Of a stretch of DNA of 64,000 nt, positions 48,569-60,694 are shown piece by piece (the first letter of the stretch is position 1; every line of letters begins with the position of its first letter). A model generated the notes under the pieces. The model was not told where the DNA came from. It saw only the letters and a program-made list of their open reading frames with translations, and searched no databases. Position numbers and translations under genes: made by a program. Source of the stretch: Raillietiella orientalis (Eukaryota). Where the stretch lies: NCBI GenBank assembly GCA_036172245.1, contig JAYWIR010000005.1, forward strand, positions 1,736,001-1,800,000, read 5' to 3'.

Positions 48569-49530
48569 CCTCGTCTTGCCTCGCAAACACGTGGTACCCC
48601 TTCCTCTCCTCCTCTTGATGCTGCAAGCCGTGTGCCGTACGTACGAGGACCACGGTGCGGCCCGCACCTCCTTGAGTATGCTGAAGGAGTCGAGTCGTCG
48701 TCGTTCCTCCTCCTCCTTCTCCTCCCTCTTTTTCCTCCTCCTCTTTCTTCTTATTCATACTGCGAGGGGGAAATCGAAACCTGCGATGCCTCCACTCTCG
48801 GAGTCGATTCTTTCTCGGGAGGGATTCGAACCCATAACACCTGGTGCCGCGCGCCGAGACCACACTCACATGTCTCCAACGTGGGCGTGAACGCGGAGTT
48901 GGGAGAGCTGGGGAGAGACTGACATGAATGTGAGGATGATGATCTCTGGCTGTTAACTGCAGATGCTGTAGAGTCTTCCCGCCGCCTTTTTTTTCCTGAG
49001 GGGCCGTAGTCAATTCTGGTAGTCCCTGAAGTGTTCCAGAGACCTCCGTAGTGACTAACCGGGATTTTTTCTCCGGATATTTTTCAGGAATCAAGGAGCC
49101 CTTCGGGTGAAAGGGAGCCTGATACCATGGAGCTGGTTGATGTCCCCCTCGGGGAGTGCCTCTCCAGAGTGCAAGAAGCGCACTCCTTTCTTCCGAAAGT
49201 GCTCTTCAGAGAAATTGGGAGGCGTCCCTTCGGGGTCCTCTTACGAGGACTTCACAAGGAGCAGTTCCCTTGCGGGTTTTCTCCGGTGAAGAAAAGATAG
49301 AGTATGAGGAAGAGGTTCTTTTTGGAGATCTCTCCCAAGCATTAGAGGAACGGACTTTTTCCTCGGCAGCCTTGCTTATGGGACGCCGCATTCATGGAAA
49401 GGTCCCTATAGAGTTACCCCCTATAAATTGAAGGATGACACGCGTCCCCGGGGGGCGTGGACAGCGTTAAAGAGCTAGTGTGCACTCCACTAAGTAGGAG
49501 ACGGTTCTTCAACACTTGGCAAACCAAAAA
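48569..49530. mobile_element. Long SINE variant with inverted 5' part
   Basis: 48569-~48890 on - (tRNA-like head gggttcgaatccc + purine-rich segment); 48919-49530 on +. Compare the collinear copy 62125-62960. Confidence 0.75.
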
Positions 49531-50099
49531 AAAACAGCCGCCTGCCTACGTGAGGGACTACTTTTTTCACTTTTCTTGCGTGTTCCCAACTTCCGATGCA
49601 TCCAGCGAGCGTTCGGCTCCAAGCGCATCAGGCATCGCGGTGAGAACAGTCCAACCAAGACTCAGCGCACGTTTTCACGCCTTAGGGCAACCGGATGTGC
49701 GAACACGTCTTCCTCGGTGAGATCTGAACCAACTGGAACCTTTCCTGCAGAACCCAACGGATCGACCCAACAGTTTCGAAGTCTGACCGCCTGGGGCGGT
49801 CGTCGAGGACACGGACCACTTCGGTGACCAAGCTTGGTCTGCCCCGCGGGGTTCTCAGACAGGAGTGCCAGTCAGGAAGGCAGACTGGAGGGGAGGCGAA
49901 ACGGAGCTTCAACTTGGCGCCTTCGTCCGCGCTTTTGTCCAGCGGCCGGACGACTCGCTTGCATCATCGGTCTCCGTTCCTTCTTCCCGTCGTTTGATGC
50001 ACAGATGCTTCGCATTCCCCTGCCTTCCCCCTCCCCGCTTCCTGCTGGAAATCTCGCGGAAACCTCATGCTTGTTCGGTCTGACAGATGCTCGTGTTCC

Positions 50100-51050
50100 G
50101 CTTTAAACACCACACTTTTGCCACCTCATCTCTTCTCCCCATGAATTGCCGGAAACCTCTCAAGTGTACGCGCCATTTTTTCTTCTTCCTTCTACTTACG
50201 CTTTGGTCCTGAGAGCTTCTTCCTCTCGATGTTCCTCCAGCTTCAAAGGATGCTCCTTGTAGCCTCTTCCTTGATTTGCTACGCAGGCCTCCTTTGAGCT
50301 CGCAGTATCTTTCTGTGTTCGTTTCCTTGGTGATTTGCAGCGTTGCCTTTGCAGCTTGCAGCTTCCCATTTCGGAATTCTTCAAAGCCAATTTGAATTTA
50401 TGCTTCCCCATCGAAGCTCCTCTTCTTCTCCGAGATATCGGTTTTGTTTCCACATTTTTTTGCAATTTATTGCGGCGATAAATCACCTGGCTTTTCGCGG
50501 AAGGATGCTGCACTCCAAAACTTTTCGTGCTTCAGGTGCTCGACACTTGGGCGGAGGAAGCGACACCCATAGTTTTGATGAAAATTTTGGCTTCGCTCCT
50601 TCCCGAAAGCCACTCTGAGCAGTGCGTGAACGGAATAAATTACAATTCTATGGAATGCGCGGGAAATCCAGGGGAGCGGAGGCTCGGAATTATGGAAACA
50701 CACAATTCATTTTGCACCCCATTACTGGCAATTACGGAGGATCTCGAACCTCAGAGGCCGCGAGCATGCAAGAGCTGCAAGCCGGAACCGTCGCAAGCGG
50801 GTCGAGTGGAGCACGACCGGGAGCAGGGGCGGCGAGGTGAGCTGCTCGGTCACCATGGAGACTGCTTCCGTCTCGTCTTCACGGGAAGTCCAACGGCGAA
50901 CCCAGCTGCTACACGTTCGTCGGACCTGGAAATCGTTCCAGAGAAGTGCAGTTGCCCAAAATGGAAGCGCGCGCAAGGCTGGCAACCGGCTGAAACATCA
51001 GGTTGGAGGTCTCCGACGCTTCCTGGAGAGCGTCTTGTGTATATCAACGA
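50100..51050 (-). mobile_element. Decayed LINE APE/linker fragment
   Basis: SRAFHRI (SRIDRI-like), KFWSAAS, and a charged linker EEHREEEALR. Weak. Confidence 0.35.
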
Positions 51051-51119
51051 TTGTTGGGGACGCCGAAGGGCCCTCTTTCAAGATGTCCCCACGGACAAAC
51101 AAAAGTGTTGTCGGAGTTT

Positions 51120-52358
51120 TTGCGGAAACAACTCCAAAAAAAAAAAAAAAGCTCTCCTCTACCTCCGCATCGGTACGTCCCGGCTCTTGGCCGTTTCATC
51201 GAGAGGACGTCCCAGGACCATATTGGATCTCAGGTGAAACCGGCCCTGGACATCTTCCATTCTGTGCTGGGCCACGTGCTGGGATGTTGCTGAATTCCCT
51301 TGCAACCTAGCCAAGTTGCTTCTCGGGGAGAACATCGCAGAGATCATGTGAGCACCCCCACGAATCCAACCACGAATTGCAGAAGCAAAAATGCACTCGC
51401 CGTCGCAAGCACGTAAAGCCTCCTCCCCCCTCCCCCTCTTTATGTTGGAGGCCTCTATGTCCTGTGTACGAGGACCGTACCGTGCCGCCCGCACCAGCTC
51501 GAGTTGGCCGCAGAAATCGAGTCGTCGTCATGCAGCGACCTGCTCACTCTTGAGGGGGTAGCGGTGCTGTTGCTTTGGAACCCAGTTTGCCCCTCCCTTT
51601 CTCTTGGAGGAATCCGTGGCAGGCAATATCCAGAGTTCCAGGCATGAGGGCTTTCAGCTTGCACGTTCCTTGAAACATGTGGCCCAGCACAGCATAGAAG
51701 ATGCCCAGGGCCGGTGTCACCATTAGGCGAATATAGACATTGCCTAGGAGCGCCAAATTAGCATAGGACGTAAAATTGATAATAATAAACTGTTGCAATT
51801 TATAATGATGAACGTACAATGAATTAAAAATTCAGCACGAAAAGCGAACCTTTAATAAAAATTCTTCCGTTTTTTTTAATACATGGTGCTCCAAATTTTC
51901 TTTTGTCTAGGGGTGCCAGACACTGGCTCTGAAGATGCCTGTTACTTTCACACAGAGGGAGACTCCACTTCCGGGTTCAGTTACTCTCCGCCATCTTGGA
52001 TACTCCTTTCTCCCTTCCGAGATGGAGATTTCTAGAGACCGAAGTGCAGAAGAGAACTAAAGCAATGTCTTCCCGAGGTGATTCAATCCTTGCGTGTCCT
52101 TTCGTTCCGCTTTTCTCAAGAGATCCTTCGCTCTCTCATTTTCACAAGGAAAGATGCCGAGATGGTGCGATAGCTGGAGATCGCTGTATCGTCGCCAGAC
52201 CAGGCTCCTCACGGTTGACTCTAAGATCCAATGTAGCCCTGCAGTCTATGGTGGACCCATAGACTGGGACGCCCTCTCGATGAAACGCCCAAGAAGAGCC
52301 GGTACGTACTAATGTGGATGCAGAGGAGAGCTTTTTTTTTTTGGAGGTGTTTCCGCAA
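51120..52358. repeat. Interrupted inverted repeat (MITE/foldback-like)
   Basis: 51120-51215 pairs with 52264-52358, and 51233-51277 pairs with 51675-51721. Confidence 0.7.
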
Positions 52359-52884
52359 CTTCACAAGCACAGAAAAGGAAGATGGATAGGAGGTGGAGAG
52401 AAAGACACCACCGCTCACCCGATGAATAAAGCTGCTTTGAGTGGTACGGGGGAAGGGAAAAGGAAGGCTTCCAGAAATTTTCATTTTTTGAAGATGGGGC
52501 ATCGCACCTGTAGTCCCACGGCCCGATGAGCGCACGATGACCCCGTACGCTTTGATCCCTGAGGCAAAGAATGATCCAGTTCCATCTAAATAAGCCACCT
52601 GATTTGAAAAGGCGGAGTTGTGGTCTTTGGTCGTCGTACTGGAGGCTGCCGGGTCGCTACCGTCGCCTTAGCAACGGAATGTGCACGTCCAGCATGCTGA
52701 GGTGGGCGCGCCGCCATTTCTTCCTTTCAAGAGAGATCAACGTGCATGGCGAGGGAGTGAAGTTGCCTCGGCACATCGTCTTCTTTGGACGAGTGCTTAA
52801 GCAGCAGCAGAAAGTTCCGAATGGTAGTATACAGCCTCCTCCTCCTGGTACACACTCTCATTCCTCTGCCTGGCCCGATTGCGT

Positions 52885-53230
52885 TCGAGAGCTTCTAACT
52901 CTCTAAAGAGGCGACTCCCAAGGGGAGATATCAGAAAGCTCCATGGTAAGTGATGGAGAGTCGTCCTGCCTGGGGAAGACGGCTTCTTGACTCCTGGAAG
53001 GACCCCAGAGGGCCAAAGTTCAAATCCGGCCAGCCAACGGGATCATATGGCTTCCACCACTGCCATACTCGAGTCCTGCAGACCTCCCAGCGTCATCCAG
53101 AGGGAAGCAGTCGAAACCCAGAACGCAGCCCCTGTTCTCAACGTCGATCATTCCCCTGGGGGGTTCGAACCCGCGACGCTTGGCACCACGCGCGGAGAAC
53201 ACCACCACGCGGCTCCACCTCGGAGCTGCT
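52885..53230 (-). mobile_element. SINE copy (head + 5' body)
   Basis: Minus strand ccgcgcgtggtgccaagcgtcgcgggttcgaaccccc...gatcgacgttgagaac...ttaccatggagct. Confidence 0.75.
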
Positions 53231-53399
53231 CATGGCTCCTCATAGAGAGATGCAAGAGACGTCCTCGCTCGGCAGCAGCTGGTCCCAACGAAGTTCGGAC
53301 GTGAGTCCCAAAGTGAGTTGACCCTCGGCACTGTTTAGCCCGTGACTGTCCAAGACGGAGGTTTCAGGCTTGCTGCGTCGCCATGTCCATGTGGCGAAA

Positions 53400-56300
53400 T
53401 GATCGGCATCCATTCGAAATCAGAAGATGGGTTATCGAACCGGGAGCTGTCCTAATCCAAATAGGAACTTTGTTGGGCTCTTAGACGAACGAAGCCCAAT
53501 AGATGTGAACCTAAAGTGGGGTCGTTGTTGCCTCCGGCGAGACGTGGGAAAAACGCTTTGTGCTTTTCTTCTTATGCTGAGAGTTTCGATTTCTTTTTAA
53601 GTAGGCATACTCTAAAAGCAGAGAGATGCTTGGAATAGCCCTTCTTGGTAATGGAACTCTTTTCCCTTTTAGCAGACTCATTCAAAAGATTTCTTTCAAT
53701 GAGAGCTCATATATAAAAAAAAAAAATCTTGTAGAAAGGCGAAGCAGACTCAGTCGACCTGTTGAAGCTTAAGTGTCTTCAGATCTATGTGGAAGCTGCA
53801 TATTTGCATTTTGTACCATAAGACTGGGTGATAGTATCCATCAGTATTTTTGGTGTTCTCAGGAATTTGGAAATTGAAATCCGGGCTTGACTTCGGCTGC
53901 TACTGGCTGCTCGGGAATTCAGGAATGGCAATCTTCGGGTGGAGCGTGAAAGACACCTTCAAAACAGGTGAGATGGCTAAGGGAACAGACCTGGACCGCA
54001 AGGGCATCACGAGCATCGGTACAACACGTACGGTCGCTGCGACGAGATCGTGAATTGACGACACCGGCGCGCCACTTTCAGCAGGCGCTCTCAACCGGAA
54101 AGAGTGCGCAAAGTTTCCCTTCCGAGAGAAGGTTATCACCAGCATGCATGATTGCCACCCTCTTCGTCCAGACCTCTTGAGATGGCCTGGCAATGGGGGT
54201 AATTCTGAACGCGTAGCATCCCATCTTTCATCGTCGGTTGCGTGAAATCAGTCGAAGGAATCTCATCAAACGCGATGCTGTGCTTTTCGAGTGATCCGTG
54301 CTGCAGGTGGGCCGCGGACGCTTCCAAGGTCGATGGTGCCAAGTTGATTTGCATGCGAAAGAAAAGGACCGCGTGAAGGCGGATAGAAATGCAGATGACC
54401 ACCGTGCGCAGTTTTTCCGTTCGTGTGGTCGAGAGGGGCACGCGAAGAAGAATCGTAAATTCAAAGGCAGCAGATAATCAGATGCCATCATCTGGCGTGT
54501 TTACTGTCGGCAAGTCTGAAGATGAATTGCATCGGGGGACATCGATCAAGGAAAATTCGCCTGAGAGAGAAGAAAAATGCCTTCAGGCGCACACGCATCG
54601 GAGCGGAGAAGACAAACGACCGATTGAATCTCGGCGACGCAGACACGCTGACGAGCTCGTACCAAAGTGGTGTTCAGAATGGCGGTGTTCTGTCAAAGTC
54701 CTGCTTGCTTTCTTGAGGACAAGGAGCAAATGAACTTCAGAGATAAAAACGCTCCTCCTTTGAGCAAGATGGACAATGGAAATCAGTGCATGGTTCCACA
54801 GGTTCATTATAACTGTGAACGCATTTTTGGGGACCCTCCATCACGCACCATGGATCTGTTTGATGTCTCCCCCCCTTACGGGGTCATCTCTCCAGAGCGT
54901 CGGAAGCGGCTGGAACGCATTGGAGGCAGGCAGAGAAATGGGAGTGTGTATCGGGAGGAGTGGACAGTGGTAAAGAGCATGTGTGTCCTCCACTAAGGAG
55001 GCGAGCGGTTCCTGAGTCTTAGCGAACCAAAACAAAACCCCCCTAAAATGCACGAAGACAGAGTGCTCCCATGCCACTCCTGCCGCGACCTCGGAGAATG
55101 TCGCGGACTTCCTTGCTTGTCACTAGCAGCGCCCGCTGAAAAAGATTGACAAACCCAAATGGCAAGGGTGCGTTTGAAAGACTGCGGTAATCCCTTGGAA
55201 TGCTTGTAAAAGAGACTTCATGCAAAAAAGAGGAGCGTTTTTTCTGTTCTTCCTTTTTCTGTTCTTTCGGGAAAAGCATTCCCCCCTCTCCTTTTCCTCT
55301 TCAAGATGTTTTATCTTCAGGTTGTCAACAGGGAACCCAGTCTTCCCAGTGTTTGCCTTCTTGGGTCGCTACTTCACTCCAGATGCTCCGTGTGCTGCGT
55401 CCACTCTCGCAAAAACCAAAGAGAGAAGCTACGATTCCTCAGGAGTGCGTGAAAATCCCGCAAGGAACGCTTCCAGGATGCACTTCTGCCTTCAGTTCAT
55501 GTATCCATCTTTGGCATCCGTCTGAAGGAGAACCGTTCACGGAGGACTGACAGCGCATGAATCTGCCCCGTGACAAACAGCCCGAGGTTTCTGCTGTGTT
55601 TCGGGCAGAGTGCGCCACACAACGCACGTAATTTTTACTTGTCACCCGCCTCCCGACGTCATCATGGCATGTTTTACATCCTCCCGGTCATTTCCTCCGC
55701 GAGATTTGTTTCATCCTTGCTTTCGCGACGAGGCTGCTTGACTTTGATGGTGATTGATGGCGCCTTTTTGCCGTCCCTGATGCACTCGAGCTTCTTCGCG
55801 TCGTTTTCGACATCTGCAGATCTGTTAGCAAAGCCGTCCGCAACGGTGCGCTTCCCGTTGACCTTCATCCGCTTACGCGGAGGGCTCGAAAGAGTGGATT
55901 TTCACATCATACTCAAGAAGATGGCGCGAATCGAACCCACCAGTTGCTGCCGGTTCTCCGAAGCTTTTTCCCTCAAGGTAGTTGGGGCTCGTCGGAGCGG
56001 AAAAAAAAAAAAAGAACAGAGTCCCATCCGGTGAAGGGGATGATTGGAGGAGACCTTGGGGCCGAAGTGACCTCGACCTATTCTCAAACTGTGAGCAGGT
56101 GAGAAGTCCGTCTCTCAAACTGTGAAGCTCGGACTGTCGGTTCCATATGAGTCCAGTGGGGTGCATTTCGGTGAGCAGAACTGGAGCTGTGGGATGAACC
56201 AAATGTGGAGTCATGGAGGGTGCGATGCGAAGTTCATCACATGTCATGAAAGGTGCTGGTTGCTGTGGACAGCTGAACGGTGGCAAAATCCGCAAAATCC

Positions 56301-57100
56301 GCTAAGGTGTGCAGCGACTCACCTGCCGAAGCAACCGGTCGGAAGATGAATGGCGCTCAAGCGACGAGACTGCGCCCGCAACCACCGTCCCTGCCTTCCG
56401 GCGCACCGCTGCTGGAGGACGGGAGGTTCCGGCGAGTAGGAGGTTCGCGACATTACGCTGCGCAGAAGAGTTCAAGCGCGAGCTTGCCTGGGGCCTCAAT
56501 CGGCGCAGGTCTTGGTGGTGGCAGCAAATGCTCTAGTGAGATCCTGGAGGTCTGATGTGGAAGAGGGCTCCATGGAAACGGTCTTTGAGCTCGGTCTGGT
56601 CCATCCTGAGTCCACGGAGAACACGAAATACTGCGATGCACGGCAGTCGATGACGTTTCCCAAGGGGGTCTCATCCCAGGACTCCGGGAGTGGGGATACC
56701 GCTTGGTGTGCCACTTCGCCATCTCGAGGACATCGGAGGCGCATCGGTTCGTTTCCAAGGTTTTGCTCTGGTCGCCAGAGGTAACAGCCATGGAGAGCGA
56801 CTGATCTGGATGCGTCTCGTCTTTCTCTAGCTCGATCGCGCGCGCGCTCCGGAGAGAGCGGGTGCTGCGGCGCGGCGCACTGAGTTCCATTTCTGAAAAC
56901 ATGAGGAGCTGCTTCGTGTCAAGAGCGACTGCGGCCTCCCTGAGGTCGGTAGGGACGGTCCACTTCCAGGTTCCGCGAGTTCCATCGCGGCTGCCCTCAG
57001 GCAAAGATGCTTGGCCACGTGGCGCGAGGCGAATTCCAGCCGGAACCTGCCAATGGACGCGGCATCGACGGGAACGGAAGGAGGAAACGTCTGTGTTCAC
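53400..57100 (-). mobile_element. Decayed LINE ORF2, interrupted by the 800-bp duplicate
   Basis: Minus-strand order: ELSAP, LGNVID, SSLERHSSSD, NGSPSDG (~55530), then TIDLG (~54330), VQVCSLSHL (~53980, VRQGCPLSPL-like). Confidence 0.5.
54573..55370 (+). repeat. ~800 bp direct duplication, copy 2
   Basis: Nearly identical to 43822-44620. Confidence 0.93.
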
Positions 57101-57434
57101 AAACCCTTCAGATCCAGGAAGGAAAAGAAGGCTTCCAGGGATGGTTCATCGGCTCATCGCTTAAGAACTTCTGACTTCCCGTCTTTCAAAAACAAGGAGC
57201 TTTCCTTCTGCCGCGCTCGGTCGCAGGTCGAGTTTTCGACCAACTCTCGTGCTCGCTCCCACCTTCCCCAAAATCGCTGCCAAGGAACGGGCCTTCTTCG
57301 GACGGAGGCAGGGTGAGAGCTTTCCTGCAGCACTGCAGGAGTCGAAAAACTCCTAGATGGCCTCAAGACGAGCGAGTTGGTGACTCCTCGCTTCCGGGTA
57401 CAAGGACTACTTCGGTGGAGTGAGCTGCTGAGTT

Positions 57435-59560
57435 TAACACCCGGTAGCGGCGGGGCGTTTCTCATAAAAATACTAAACATATAGGTGTAGGGACATCGGC
57501 CCCACATTGTCCGAAACAGTTCGGAACCTGCCGAGTAATGGGCACGCCGGCCGGCGAGGTTCGCCTCAGCAGCGGAGGAAGCAAACAAAAATAAAATAAA
57601 AACCAACAATGATAATAATAATAATAAAAACTCTGGGGATCAGGAAAAGGGATGCTGTCCTCTGCATCCTTTCCAGGATGGCGGCAAGTTTCATCCGAGT
57701 GTGATCCAGGTGGGGTCATCTTGCTGCCGTCCGCAGGGAGCGCAGGGCAAAGGGCAGGTGGGGTCCCTATCGCGCCGTCCTTCTTTCGCGTAGCTCCGGA
57801 CTGCGGCAATCCCGCGTAGGCAGCATCAAAGAGCAGCTGGGGATGCGGCAGGCGAAAGGGCATCACGCACGAAGAGGCATCCCTGGAATTGTCCGTCGGT
57901 GCACCAAGGGCCGTTGTGTAACGCAATCTCAGGGGCCGGTGGGCAACACAGTGTACGAGCAGGTGCGGGAGCTAGGATTCGCGTTCCCCGCACCTGAAAC
58001 AGTTGGGGTGCACAGCCTTCCGGGTCCAGTAAGACCGGCAAGCGTTGCACGGGAGGTCGCAGTGCAGCAGCAGAAGTGCCGACTCCTGCTATTTCAGGGG
58101 CAGGGCGCGGTTGTTCCTCAGCGCTGGGAGCCACTCAAAGTCTCGCTGTAGATTCCCAGCAGCTCACCCCAGCGCAATAGTCCTTTCGGTGAGGCAGTTG
58201 GAGTGGCAGCGTCCGCGAGCTGGTCCGTGGTGCAGGCACCTAATTTCTCCTTCCGAAGACCTACTTCAGAACTGCGCTCCCATTTAGACATTTGTGGTTA
58301 CTGCCCAGGTGCTCCTTAAGGGAGGACAGCAACGCGACAAGGGAGGTTCTTTGCGGCCACGCACACGTGGTAGGCTGCATGATGACGTCCTGCAGCGAGC
58401 TGTTGTCGTAGAAAGAGCGCAGCAGTCGCTGCCTCATCTCCGGTCTCGTTTCGTCGTGTCCTTGGCCCACGTGCGAACGGTTTCGTTCAACCAAGCACTG
58501 TCGTTCGTGGATCGGCAGGAGGTCCGGTTGTCGATCGTGGTCAGCGTGACCACTCGCCGGAGTTCCAGTCCGCAGCTGGACACTTGGGTTTGCGCCGGCG
58601 CGCTAGGAACGACCAAAGCTTTGCCACTAGGGCAAGTGTCTTCCACTGGAACCGCCGCTCCAGGCTCTGCAGAGTCAGGAGGCTGGGGCCTTGGTCGCAA
58701 CGCAGAGCGCACAAGTCCTACAGGAGAACTCAGAACCTACCTGTGCTCCACAGGGCGATTCTCAGGAGGTCCTTTGTTCGTCTGTTTATAATTCTCCGCG
58801 GGGAGCAAAGAAAAAGCAGGGGGAGGAAGAGGAGGACCACGAACGTGTTCCACACCGCGGTCCGTTCCGGCAAGAGAAACTTGGCATCCTGGAGCGGGCC
58901 GATCGCCGACTCTGGAGGCAACTATACCACGCCTCCGCCGAAGAATAGTCTCCAAACGAAATACCAAGGTCCTTAAAGTACCGAACTTTAAAATTACCTT
59001 AAAGTACTCAAAGCTTCCGTATGCACACCGGATGGACTGCTACCAAGGACGATTTCGCCCTGTTCACCTCCAGTCCTGTCGCACGGCTTAATAGTTCGAA
59101 GAAATCTTCGAGTGCCGACGCCGGGATGGACATAAGGAGCAGCAGCAGAAGATCGTCCGCATACGCTGACACGGACGGTGTGCCTGAGCACGCGCATGGC
59201 AGGCGAGCCAGAGTCGTCCCGTACGCCCACAGCACCAGCTCGAAGTAGGTGCTGAAGGGTAAGGGGCTCAGGCTGTTGCTCTGCCGTATCCCGCGGCGCA
59301 CCGGCACACCGTAAACATTTTGTCCCCTGAAAAAAATGCCGTCGCTCCAGCAGGAGAGCAGAAAGGCGGTAAAAGAGGGCGAGAAGCCCGTGCGTTTCAG
59401 GAGATCCAGAAGAAGCCCCTGGTTGGCGCAGCGGATGCTTTGCGCAAGCTGACTGCGACCGCAAGGTCCTCCATTCCCTCCCAACCATCCCGTCTACTAC
59501 TGGCGAAAGTTCCGGAATTCGGGGTGCCGACTGTGTTCCTTTCATTCATTCTTACTCTCT
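57435..59560 (-). mobile_element. Best-preserved LINE relic: RT core to 3' terminus (L1/Tx1-like)
   Basis: ORF 59008..59484 contains RRGIRQSNSLSPLPF, VSAYADDLLLLL and ATGLEVNRAKS, followed by YFKDLGISFG. 57435-58612 duplicates 27727-28904 (CCHC + UTR). Frameshifted and non-functional. Confidence 0.9.
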
Positions 59561-59574
59561 AAAACTGAAACCAG

Positions 59575-60260
59575 GTGTTCGAGAGGAACAGGTTGGAATC
59601 CATACTTCGGGATACACACTGCTTGGTGTGTCCCCCGAAGAACTCGCGTTCCCTCTCCTTTATGTGGACACCTCCATGTTTCGTCTCGAGTGGAAACAGG
59701 ATGCTCTGCTGTTTCTGCACTGAGGATTCCATGCAATCAGCGCAGACGCCTGGCTCTCGGAGGAGCTGCCTCTCCGAAATGTTGGAGGTGCAGGGCGATA
59801 GGATCGCTCCCGCACCTCCTGTTGGACCGCAGTGCCCTCAGGGATCTGTGAGGGAGACTCGCTCCGCCACTCCGACAACCGCAGGACACCACTTTGGACC
59901 AGCTGCAACGCTTCTTCACCTGAAGAAGGGCGATGCGAAGAAGGGCGCTGCGATCGCATTCGCGCCATGGTGGCACGTTCTGGAGTCAGGTTCGCGGCGA
60001 AGAGAGGTCACCAGCATGGCAGCAGAAGCCCTCATGAGGACGGCAGCAAGGTGGCTTCATCTGCCAGAAGAAGTCCCCAGGGAGATCGCCACTATCCACA
60101 GCCTCTTCTAGAAGGAGAGGAGAGCCTTTAACCCCACCTTTTTTTGAATTTATTTATTGTTCCCTCCCTATGTTCCCAACTTTGTGGTAGCCGGCCTGCG
60201 TGCCAGTGGTTCCCTGTGGTTTGTTTTTTTTTGAATAAACAAACCGGTGCTACCGGGTGA
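59575..60260 (+). mobile_element. 5'-truncated LINE 3' end nested antisense in another LINE, with TSD
   Basis: PKCWRCRAIGSLPHLLLD; LMRTAARWLHLPEEVPREIATIHSLF*; terminal aataaacaaaccggtgctaccgggtga; aaaccag at 59568-59574 and 60261-60267. Close relative of 32940-33668. Confidence 0.8.
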
Positions 60261-60694
60261 AAACCAGACAAAGGAATGCGTCCTACGAAAAAGACTGCAG
60301 TTCGGTGGAGGTTTTCTAGGCAACGCCCAAAGTCAGGAGTGCTTTCTTGACGTGCATTGGCGAGGTCCACTCCTCCGGTCCGGCAGGCACGGTTCGTCGG
60401 AGATGCCCGTCTCTTCAGCCGACTGCAGGAGGCACGCATCCACCTCGGATTCGGCCGAGCCACCTGTGCGAGGGCTGGAAGAGTCTGAGCCCGCGCGCGC
60501 GCGTGTGGGAGGGAGGTGGGCTTCCGATGGTGCCCAACCCAGCTGGGTAGTCGAAGAGAAAACTCGAGGAGGGAAAATGGCGGCCACACGCGCCGCAAAC
60601 AGCGATCCGTGGAGCATGGTTTCTCTGGAGCCGCTTACCACTTGTAGGCACATGCAGGCATGTTGTGAGGTCAAGAATGAGATGTTGTCTTCGT

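Noticed and set aside
43822..55370. 800-bp direct repeats as LTRs of a ~11.5 kb LTR retrotransposon
   Set aside because: No TG...CA termini, PBS, PPT or TSD, and the interior has LINE/SINE debris with no gag-pol/integrase motifs.
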